From Mytilus edulis (Eukaryota), in assembly GCF_963676685.1 (NCBI RefSeq), contig NC_092355.1, positions 31,186,001 through 31,250,000 of the forward strand: a DNA stretch of 64,000 bases. Reading direction: 5' to 3'. Shown in pieces: positions 1-11,289 of this stretch (its first letter is position 1; each line of letters starts with the position of its first letter). Under the pieces are notes generated by a model, which made no database searches, had not been told where the DNA came from, and worked only from the letters and a program-made list of their open reading frames with translations. The translations under genes and the position numbers were made by a program.

Positions 1-168
1 TGGGTTTTTTTCATGAAATTGACATTCATACCGCATCTTCTTTTTTATAATTCCTTCTTTGATTGATTCATTTTATCATAGTTTTTATATATTGAATAAT
101 AACATATTATACGTCTAATATGTCCCATAATAGATATTAACAACTACATGTATCATAACATATATTAC

Positions 169-3100
169 CTCTAAAATGTCTACAATAGATACAACAGACA
201 CAGCATTTAATGGAGAGGTGATAGATTCTAATGAGTCTGCAGAAGTCAGTATAATATCTGGTTCTGATGATACCTCACATTGGAGAATGTCTTGTTTTGA
301 ACTCCATTCAGAACCACTCCTGCAAATAACAAATGTTTTAGACACAAGAATTCAATTTTAAATAACATACATTGTAGTATATTTCTATATATCATTTTTT
401 TTTTAATCTTTGCATACAAATGATCTAGAAATCTAAGATGTTTTTAAAAAGGTTTTTTTTTACAAATTCACACATGCAGGCCTAGGTCATTAATTTTGAA
501 CAGCGCTTTATACCTCTACATGTATATGCATCAATTTTTGCTGAAATCCAAGCACATAAAAGGATGTTTATCAAAATTGTATATTTTTCAAAAATTAAAG
601 TAAAATTTCCCTCACTATATGACATCTTCTCTTATATAAAGGACAACAAATGCAACTTAGGAATAACAGATTTCCCAATATATTAACTTTCTTTGATTTC
701 TAAGGTTATTGAACAAAAGGATATAAATCATTCTCAAATTTTGTGATTTTTTAACAAAATAATCATGTTAAAAAACTTTTTACTGCAAATTCATTTTTAA
801 ATATTCATAACAATTCTGTATACATGTATGGTATATATACAAATTCATAAAATTCTGACTTTGACATGTATAGAAGTCTTGACAGATGGACCGTTTGATA
901 AATATCGGCACTGCCAATTAGTTGGCCCCTACATGTGTATATATACATATAGTAAAAAAAATATTTTGTCTTTATCATCATTGCTTTTCTAATATGATAC
1001 AGGCATACATTTTGTACATGAAATCAGGAGGGACCTATTTTTTTACTTCCAGAACATATACATGATATATAGAAATTGTCTCATTTCATTTACACAAATT
1101 TTATTTACCAGTACTGATTATTATTCACTGAACATTGTGAAAATTCCCAATATTTTAAAGGTTCTGTCTTACACCATCAACCATGTAAATTGCATGTACA
1201 AATGTACATTGTTTTGAAAATTTTGTGGAGTTTGTGTTATTTTCCTTTAAACATTGTAGACATGCATGGTAGATGTTCAAGTATTCATTGACCTATAATG
1301 GTTTACTTTTATCATGTTTATCAATGTTTATAATTGTTATTTGGATGGAGCGATGACATCATGTCTCATTGGCACTCATACCACATCTTATACCTATATC
1401 TATTGAATTGTGAAATACAATACCTTAAGGTGGTACATGTACATACATGTAACACTACAGGGAGATAACTTAAAATTAGCTGAATGTTTTAATCTCCTTC
1501 TATTGATTAGGAATTATTAAGCTTCTCAATGATCAAAATTAGTGTTCGTCAAACTGCTTTAGCATGCATACAATGTATACCCAATGAAATTTTTCTAACA
1601 AAGTGTGCGATTCAATTTTTTGGAATATATTTTGAAAATGAATTTGTTATATATATCCTCATTTTTGGTGGGTTGATGCTACTCATGCTTTAGTTTTCTA
1701 AATTATGTTCAAGGTTCTGTTGTTAGTCTTTTCCTGATTTTTAGATTTTCCAATCCACTTATGAGTTAGAGTATTGCTATGATATTTATTAGCCTTTCTT
1801 TCATTATATAATCAGATAATAGCTATAGATGTAGGATGATTGCCAAAGAGACTTGAATCTTTTTACTGCCATCTACAATGAGCAAAACCAATAATGTATA
1901 GTAACCTAGAACATGAAGAAAATGCCCTGGTATGAGTTTGATTGCCACTGTTAATAAACTTACATAGGTATTAAGCCACACATCTTTACAAACGAGTTAA
2001 ACAAATCCATAAACACTCCTTTGGATACTTTGTCTGGTTGAGATCGCCTCATTGCAGAATGCACCATCAGCACTGTATTTCTAAGAAAGTCTTCAGTAAG
2101 CCTGCAATTTAAGAATGTCAAATATTATATGGACATTACACAAACATTGATCATGTTGATTGATAAATTAGAGTCAAACGCCACTTTCAAGATTATTGTG
2201 CTACATGTGTGTCCTGGTGATCAGTTTTGATTATAAGGAGATTCAAAGTAGGAGTGCCCTAAGAGCAACCATCCTTCAGTCAGATCTGCTCTAAATGCTT
2301 TGGTTTTAGAGAACTTTATATAAGCCAAAAACTGCATTTTACCCCTATGTTCTATTTCTAGCCATGACTGCCATCTTGATTGGTTGGCCGGGTCACGCCA
2401 CACATTTTTAAAGCTAGATACCCCATTAAAAAAATGATTAATGATTGTGGCCAAGTTTGGTTTAATTTGGCCCAGTAGTTTCAGAGGAGAAGTTTTTTGT
2501 AAAAGTTAACAGACGACGCCAGACGCCGACGACGGACGCCGACGACGTCGGACAACGGACGCAAAGTGATGAGAAAAGCTCACTTGGCCCTTCGGGCCAG
2601 GTGAGCTAAAAATGAACAAATTGGTACCTGATTTATATAATTCAAAGGCCGTTAGTTGGCACCAGAAGCGACGAAGCAGCGCATCTATTTTGGGTGGGCA
2701 AATATCCACTTTTTGATATGGGACGAGCTCTGACGTCCTACGGCCCCAGCTTGTCTGGCAAAACAGCCGTTGGACATCAGAGTAATCTCCGACTATTAAT
2801 ATTCATTCATATGTTTTACTCATACCAAGCTAAATACATGTACGTCACAGCAATTTAAAACAATTAACAATCATGATTTTCTAACTATTCAACTGGAATT
2901 TAATTTAAAAGTGGGTGCAAACGTTCCATGTGCAAATGTGTAGGGTGCGAAAGTGTATTTGGCGCGTACTGACCTGACTGGCTTGCAGGGTTGCACAGAA
3001 ACTTCTGAAACGTTACAGGCTTTAGACTCCAGACATGCCAGACAGGCACATACGGATTGTCTGTTGAAAAACTCAATGGGAAATTATGAGCTTGATTTCA

Positions 3101-3718
3101 TTATGATTTGACTTAATAAAATCTTTTTTTTATATACACGATACACCTTATCCCTATTTGGAAATCTGTCCTGCTTAAACTTTTGACGTCATACAAAAAC
3201 TTTTCCATTGTCATGATTGTGGCGTCAAAAAATTGTACAGGAACTTTTGTGATCTCCTGTAATGTTGGACAAATAGTGATTAAGTGAAATGAAGGTGAGT
3301 CTGACTTACACAACATCCTCCTGTTTGATCATGTTCAAATTTTCTTGGGTTACACTCAAACAGTCATCACCAAAAGTTATGTCATCCATAGAGTAATTAA
3401 AAGTTATATTTCTCTGAAGACTTTGAACTACTTGGTTTTGTTCAAGAGATAACTCTTTAAACATCCCTGTTTGAATGGTAATCAAGTCTAATGAGTTTAA
3501 GACAGATGTAGATTCATTGAAGTAGAAAAGCCCAACTGTTCGTAGGTCCAAACTGGTCCATTTGGACGTCCTATTTTGAGGCTGCTCATTATCCCTCGAG
3601 GTACCATCGCACGTACTCTGAAACCAGTTGTCTTGGTCACTCTCTTCTGTCATGTCTAGTAACCGTTTACTGTCGCTAGTTGAACATTTTTCAACTGTAT
3701 TTGTTGTCCTTTTAATTT
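169..3718 (-). CDS. Partial multi-exon gene of unknown function (exons 3718-3310, 2101-1964, 319-169; continues beyond the left edge)
   Basis: Canonical AG/GT sites (donors GTAAGT at 3309 and 1963, GTAATA at 168). Phases 2-2 join into one open frame: ...MTEESDQDNW...SKWTSLDLRTVGLFY...QEDV|VLTEDFLRNTVLMVH...KMCGLIP|MSGSEWSSKQDILQCEVSSEPDIIL...VSIVDILE. Confidence 0.6.
2290..2612. mobile_element. Non-autonomous pearl/HINE (Helentron-associated)-like repeat
   Basis: GACG-rich microsatellite followed by the terminal hairpin AGCTCAC..TGGCCC TTC GGGCCA..GTGAGCT and an A-tract. Related degraded copies lie in opposite orientation near 10345-10490 and 23580-23850. Confidence 0.55.
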
Positions 3719-4179
3719 CTGTAAATCAAAATACGGCGGGTGGAAAAGGGGAGATAATTCGTGAAGGTTTCTCTAAATACCTAAAAGTTTACCTTAAATC
3801 GACCCATAACGGACTTGGACTAAAATTCACTCGACCCGTGACCATGGAAATACAATTGCCCTTTTGTTCCAATAAACCCATTTATGATCTTAATGAAAAA
3901 CTTTAGAGATCGGATCGTGAAAGATCTGGTATCGGATCAGATCATGAATAAAGTTAATTGAAATTCTGCTTAAAAATCTGGGAAAAATCTGTTGTATTTT
4001 CAAAACGCGGATCAAATCTTTTTTTTTTTAATCTTTGTCAAGATTCAACTCTCTCAGTAATACGGTGTAATAAAATACTTAAGGTGGTTTAGCAAACTCC
4101 ATACAGCGTTATCATTCGGGTCATACTTCCCTTTCTCTACAAAGAAGCGTAGCTAGATGTCACCACTGTTTCGGAGTTT

Positions 4180-5411
4180 GGTGGTATGAGTGTCTTTCGC
4201 CATCTTGGATTGTAAAAAAACCTAAGAGATTTTCTATCAAGTTAGCAAAGTTTGATAGAGGAATGCACCCATTTAATGTGAATATTCATTTAAAAGAACA
4301 AATTTATGAAAATATAACTTAAAATATTAGTATTTTTACAATTGTAGATTATTTTTTGTTGTTTTCAAATGTTTTCAAATTGGCATTTTAAGGGGAAGTA
4401 AGTCTTTAAAAGTGCATTTTCTGAAGGAATCTACATGGAATTTCCTGTTTTGTTTTTTGGCGGAAAAAACGTACGGTGAACCTACCTTTTCTTTCGATAT
4501 TCTCAAAGCATAATTGGCTGAAAGCTATCTTTGCCTTATTGATTTTACAAATCTATCATTATGTTTAGTTTTTAATCACAAAATGGTGTTTTTCCATAAA
4601 CAATGTGTCATTTTGTCACAACCTGTAGCTTAAGAAAATGTGCGGTGACCTATCATTTTTATAATATTTTTTAACATATCTATAATACTAAAATTACGAG
4701 GTCCAATTTGTCAGCCGTCATCGGGTAAAAACGACAAATCAAAGAAATCAACTCTATATATAACTAATATAGGACAATGGTGTAGATTAAAAATTACACC
4801 ACTACAGACCCTTTTGTTTTCCACATAATTAATATTGCCAATAATTAACAAGTTCCGGGTCTAATCCGATACCGAAACCAATAGTATATTCACCTGTTAG
4901 CTATTACCTTATCTGTACGTTCCTCATTTGACAGGCGCACCACCAAACGGTGTATTTAGGATTTTGCTATATACACGGGTCATAATCAAAGGGCTGACAC
5001 GACTAAATTCAATCATTGCAAATTGTTCCCTATTGTAGCTTTATTCAGCTATCAGCAAGACTTTCTAAGATAACTAATATAGGACAATGCTGTTGATTAA
5101 AAAATACCCCATTCCTGGATAGCCTGGACCTTTTGTTTTCCAAATAATTAATATTTCCAATAATTGATAAGTTCCAGGTCGACGGGTTCAAACAGAAAGA
5201 TTTGAAAGCAGAGAAAACTGTGTATCTTATAATCGACATGACTTTATCAGATGACAATACCAATTACTAAAATAAGGCTTAGGCATAGTTATATACTTTA
5301 ATTCAGTCACGGACCCGCGATATCACGGGTGTGTACTTGTATATCAAAAGATACTACGTTTTGGCAAAGTATGAACAAATTTTATCATTTTTTTTAGACT
5401 CTCATACCACC
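4180..5411. mobile_element. Non-autonomous TTAA-type (Kolobok-like) DNA element with a nested Helitron
   Basis: Inverted ends GGTGGTATGAGTGTCT ... AGACTCTCATACCACC followed by TTAA (5412-5415). The left flank is rearranged; another TTAAGGTGG lies at 4079. Confidence 0.5.
4679..5339 (+). mobile_element. Non-autonomous Helitron
   Basis: 5' TC after A, subterminal hairpin ACCCGCGATATCACGGGT, and 3' CTTG (CTRR variant) before T. Homologous to 22715-23399. Confidence 0.75.
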
Positions 5412-6089
5412 TTAATGAGTAACCATGTCTATTGGATTTATAAAGAAAAAAGCGTTTTGTACCTATAATGACTACTAAGAGAATATCACATTTTGTCAAT
5501 AGAGTACATAATTCACCTATTTCCAGAATAAGAAATAAACTGCAAAACTTTCACAGCGGTTTGTGTTTGTACCGGCCGACAAAGCAGCCAACAATGTGGT
5601 GGTGGTATGCCGTAAATACTACACGGACGGTCTTAAGTATGACATTTGAAATTCATCTACATTTAAGTCCCTCCGCTCCACAGAGAGTCATATAGTAATC
5701 AAACATATCACAATTAACCACATCAAAGCTTAAGGCTTCTTTTGAACATTTGAAGGTCCCTACTATGTATTGGCTACCTAAACTATAAAAAAAAAACATT
5801 TAAATATCGTTTCATCTCGGCCTCTAGTAAGTGTTCTACAACTAACCTTTCAGTGCTTTTAACAAGTTCATTAACTACTATTAAATAGCTTATTATAAAT
5901 AAACTATTATAATAAAATATATGAACATAGTGGTATAAACTATTTTTGGAGTGGATGTTTTAGATAAATTACGTGCTTTTAATGGTCCTTTTCATTCTGT
6001 TGACAGTTTTGATTTTTCTACACTTTACACTACACTTCCATCCTATCTAAGCAAAGCAAAGTTTTCCTATTTAAATGAATGGTCGTTTG

Positions 6090-6840
6090 GTAGAGCTGAA
6101 TGCAAATACATGTGCTGCATGTAACTCATTTAAAGCCTTCTTCTTAAAAGAGATAGGTAAATATGCTAGATATGCATACTGGAGGTGTTTATCGACAGGT
6201 TGTAGGTATCGCTATGGACACTTATTGTGCCCTTTTAAAAGCAGACTTGTTTTTGTACTGTTACGAATCACAGTTTATGACTAAACTCAGTAAAACCCGT
6301 CCAAATTGCATTTATTTTATAAATTCAACAACACTTACCGTTTACTTATCTTGATGATATTTTTTCGTTAAATAATCAAGAATTTTCTCAATATACTGCT
6401 GAAATTTTCCCCAAGGAACTTACTTTAAATAAATCAAATTTAAACGGTAATAACGGTACTTTCCAAGATTTAGATATTTCGGTTTTAAACGGGAAACTCC
6501 ACACTAAAATTTACGACAAAAGGGACGATTTTTCGTTCCCTATTGTTAATTTTCCATTTTAGATGGTGATGTTCCTTTGGCACCAACTTACGGTGTTTAT
6601 ATTTCACAGCTCGTTCGCTATGCCTGTGTCTGTTGTGACGTTTGTTATTTTAACGAACGTAATCTATGTATTATATTATTAACCGTGCCCGGAAATTTAG
6701 AAATGATCCTTGTAAACTTATCGCTCCTTTGAATAAGCTATTCAAAAAGGTTACCAATTCAATACTGTAATAAGATCATTGAGTATTGTTTTTATTGGTA
6801 TATATATTGATTTTGTTATCAGTAAATTAAAAGCAAAGTA
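6090..6840 (+). mobile_element. Degraded Penelope-like retroelement reverse transcriptase fragment
   Basis: Translates with frameshifts to YRQVVGIAMDTYCALLKADLFLYCYE...YLDDIFSLNN...FPKELTLN...FQDLDISV...TKIYDKRDDFSFPIVNFPFLDGDVPLAPTYGVYISQLVRYA, matching the PLE RT core and thumb motifs. Confidence 0.8.
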
Positions 6841-7119
6841 AATATAACTAGTATGTTATATACATATACACATACATGGATCTACAATCTGCCGATACCT
6901 GTATCGTGGCATTGCACAAGGTCATGTTTTTTCTCTGACTGTTTATGACGTTTTTACACTAAATCCATTGGATGTTGGATGTGTACGGATTGATAATTTA
7001 GTCTTAGATGAATGATTTTTGTGTTTGTTGTTTTGTGGCTTTGAACTAGCTGTCAGATAACTGCGAGTACTCTCAGATAAGTTTCTAGTGTCTTTTTGTT
7101 GTTGGGATGTACAAGTATA

Positions 7120-7645
7120 AAAAAGAAGATGTGGTATGATTGCCAATGAGACAACTATCCACAAAAGACCAAAATGACAGAGACATTAACAACTATAGGT
7201 CACGTACCGGCCACGTCCACTTGTATTTTTGTCCATCTTAAACCTTTTCAACATATTTTTATAATTCGTTCTTATGTTGTACTGTTAAACCACTGTCCTA
7301 GGTTAGGGGGGTTGGTATCCCGCTAACATGTTTAACCCCGCCACATTATTTACGTATGTGCCTGTCCCAAGTCAAGAGCCTGTAATTCAGTGGTTATCGT
7401 TTGTTTATGTGTGTACATATTTGTTTTTCGTTCATTTGTTTTATGTAAATCAGGCCGCCGGTTTGTTTTCTCGTTTGAATTGTTTTACATTGTCATTTCG
7501 GGGTCTTTAATAGCTGACTATGCGGTATGGGCTTTGCTCATTGTTGAAGGCCGTACGGTGACCTATAGTTGTTAATTTCTGTGTCGTTTTTGGTATCTTG
7601 TTGACAGTTGGCTCATTGGCAATCATACCACATCCTCTTTTTTAT
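7120..7645. repeat. Copies of an abundant dispersed repeat family (AAGAAGATGTGGTATGATTGCCAATGAGACAACT... motif)
   Basis: The same motif occurs in both orientations at about 7123, 7430-7645, 18205-18365, 47185-47300, 55020-55240 and 56915-57060. Confidence 0.7.
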
Positions 7646-7928
7646 ATACACATAATGGCAACCAAATTGAATCCCCTATGTATGAGAGGTTTTTATAAAA
7701 CGGACTGAAAAGAGTTGCATGTAAATATAATTTGCTTTGAAAATGCATATGACGATAATGTTTTATTTATCCTGTAAAATATTACTACAAATAAATATAC
7801 TTCACTTATCTATATTAGAATGTCTATAAATATATAATCTTAAGTGAACTTTGAAAGTACCGGGAAAAAAAAACGTCCTGTTAAAAGGAAGTTTGAAACT
7901 TTACTTAAATGATCTGTTTGTTTAAAAT

Positions 7929-7951
7929 GAAACTGAAAGTTGGAAAGTTTC
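7929..7951 (+). promoter_or_regulatory. Candidate ISRE/IRF site with an adjacent kappaB-like site, upstream of cGLR copy 1
   Basis: GAAACTGAAAGT (GAAANNGAAA consensus) followed by TGGAAAGTTTC; a second GAAATGGAAA lies at 8917-8926. Confidence 0.3.
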
Positions 7952-9771
7952 TTACATAAAGTGCAAACCACTTGCTTACAATATACACAAGTAGACAACA
8001 CCCTACAAACTTCACTCTGATGCCAGATCTATCATTTGTTCATTTTGAATATTTCATTGTTAATTCAATTCTAAATTCAAGTTTATTTTAACACAAATTG
8101 AACGTGTGTGAAAACTTCTTCATGGTATTAATTTATTCCTAGCAAAAGTGTTATTTATTTAATTAGGTCATTAGAATTTTCCAATCCATAAGTAAATCCA
8201 ATAAACATTATTTCCAGCACGTAAACAGGTAATTAAGGCATCACACAGAAAACAAAATTAGGGATCAGTTTAATTGAATGTTTGAAAATATAAAAACTGT
8301 GGTCTAGAAACACCATGCAAAACAGAAAAATGTTTTTAAAATTCATACTTTTCTTCAGTCGTCGATAATATCAAATCTTATGTATTCATACACTGTACAG
8401 TCAACGAATAGTAAACATTTTGTTAGGGAAGCAAACATATATTTGAAAAATGATTATCAAAAAATATTTTAAAATATTTATAATTGAGATACATCATTTA
8501 TCATGTTTATGTAGGCATAATCATGTTAAATTATTACAAATTTCAAACACAATTAAAACATTTTTTTACATTGAGGATACAACTGCACCCATGCAGACAA
8601 AGAGCTGTTTCATTTGCATAACTGAAACTTAACAGTCCATTTTCAAATTAATCAAATGAAAAATTAAATTGAATGTATTATTACGTAACGGAATTATAAA
8701 CACTATATTTGCATAATAATTCTTCCGTAAAGTATTCAGTGCATCAACATTTGTATAGTTGTAGGTGTGTGCTTAAGTATGGACATATGGAAAGTTAATG
8801 GTAAGCATTTAATTTAAACATATTTATCCAAAGTAAATATGGTTGATAAAATAGACTTGAAATAGTATGAGTTTTTTGTGTGCAGATTTTGTAAGCTTCT
8901 TTTAAAAAAATCAGTCGAAATGGAAATGAAAGAGAAGTAATTTATACCATTTGATAAGTTTATATTTATATATATAAAAAAAACTTAACTTCTTATAATT
9001 TGTAATGGACAAATGTTTCACACAGAATAGGAACATTGTGAAGAATATTTAATTACTAGTTTGCATATATGACCATATATGGAGGACTGCAGGTGCATAA
9101 CACGGACCTCAACAAATGGAAGTTTTTAACGACCCTGACTGGCTATACAGCCCTTGCACGGTCGGTAAACGTACCCCATACGTGCTTCTAGCCTTTTATT
9201 AAATAGAAGTTGATGATTGGCCTTGTTCCGTATACAGCTAAAATAAATTATATCGCAATTACCAGATACAAGTAATCAACGATAAATGGCAGTGTAAACA
9301 AGATCTCCAAATAAGCTACGGAATGACAATTTGAAAACCCTAATTTTAAGGTGGGGATATTACCAAGTCGATGTTCGATGTTGTGTTTTCCATACTGTTG
9401 TTTGTCTTTTTTTTTTCGTTTATGACATGGCGTTGTCAGTTAATTTTCATTTTATTGATTGAATGTCACCTTGGTATCTTTCGCCTCTGTTTTTTTTTTT
9501 TTTGGCATACTGCAAAAGAAATTGTTTTGGGGTTTCCTGTGCCAAAAAAAAAATCGTTGTTTTAGTTTTTATGACTTTTATACATGTATATGTCTACATT
9601 AATTGCACTTACTTCCAGTTAAGACTTCCGTAATGACGTTATAATACCATATACTGGTCTCTTCTTTAAGATATACTATACTGTATTGCTTCATTTATGC
9701 AACAAAATGTGAATTTTTATGACCAATCATGCATATACCTTATACGTCCGTTCTATTACAGCTATTTCATT

Positions 9772-10110
9772 ATGGATATAATTATTGAAAGAACGAGCAA
9801 CCAAGGTGTAGCAGAAAATAGAAATGTTCATGGAATGAGGAAAGTAACATATTGGGAAAATATGGAGTTAAACGTTTTCCATACCGTGGGAGAAAAAGGT
9901 TCACTCCAATTCTCAATCAACATTTTGACGGTCAAATTAGTATAACAAACGATGTATTTGGCCTCACTATTCAGCAATTTGAACGGACCTTTAGAGCCAG
10001 TTTGGAAAGAAGAAAACACAATTCTCAATGGATACTTAATTTAAGATATCCTTTGAAATCTTCCAACAAATACCTTGAATATTTGGAAAATTTTACAGGT
10101 CATATTGAAG
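9772..10110 (+). pseudogene. cGLR copy 1, first coding exon (N-terminal domain); 1-nt deletion in an A-run
   Basis: ATG at 9772; MDIIIERTSNQ...HGMRKVTYWE/KYGVKRFPYRG...YLEYLENFTGHIE. TGGGAAAA has A4 versus A5 in the three paralogs. Phase-1 donor G|GTAAAT at 10111. Confidence 0.85.
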
Positions 10111-11289
10111 GTAAATTGATATAAGTTATTGAAAGTAAACAATCCTACAAATATCCTACAGTAACGTAAAGGAATGATATTATAAAAAAAAACCACACTC
10201 ATTGAATATGCTTGTACTGCTTTCACACCAATTGCAACATTCATCATGTGCAGCATCAACCACAGAATATTATGATAAACACGAATCTGTAATACAGTAC
10301 GGATCCGTCTGAGGATAGACTCGATGAATCGACATATATACATGTTTAGCTCAACCGGCACAAATAGATCAAATGAGCTTTTCTCATCAATCGGCGTCCG
10401 TTGTCGTCCGTTAACTTTTACAAAAATCTTCTCTGAAACTATTAGGTCAAATTCAAACAAACTTGGTCATAATCATTATTGGGGTCTCTAGCATTCGTTG
10501 ATTGTACGTTATGGAATATCTAGACTAGTTCACAGATAACGATGAAACGTTTACAATTTAACGTCGTACCGACAATCCCGTCATAGTTTCCTCAAACATC
10601 ACACCACTTAATGGGGCTGATAACTTATTTGTAGGGACATAAGCATCACACAAAGAATGCCATATGTTGATCAGGATCCGCAATCTGCTCAGACTTCAGG
10701 TATACCTGAGATCACCCCGGTTTTAAATTGGGGTTCGTCTTACTCGGTCTTAGTTTTGATGATGAAACTTATCTTTTTTGTCGTGTTTCGTTTTTAGCAA
10801 TTGCATGACCAGTTTACCTTCGATAGTTTGCATATTTCTTTACTATATTGTCTCTTATTTTCTTCAGCTATACGCTAAAGGTATCTTGGGTATAGCTATA
10901 TAGTTACTGCTGAGCGTCTTTTAGTCAGCAGTAAAACGCTTAGCAAAGTGGATATGCATATCCATTTGACAGTGCGGGATGATTTTGCATCCACTTGTGA
11001 TCAGAATGGGGATGTCAAATCCGTTGTCTTCTGTTAAGAGAGTGCTACGTAAAAAAAAACCATGAATCAACTCTTCGGTTGGGGGGGGGGGGGTTCCATA
11101 GGGGGCCTGTTGCAATGCAACATGTCTGCGTGTATCAAACAAACCCTAGTTGTACAGTTGTAGTTTGAAAGTCCCGCACGTCAACTGTCTCAAAAATGAT
11201 GTAACTATTTATCTTTGAAACATAGTAGTTTACCATTATATTTCAAAATCCATTAAAAAAATATCCATGTATTCATTTTTATCTTTTAG

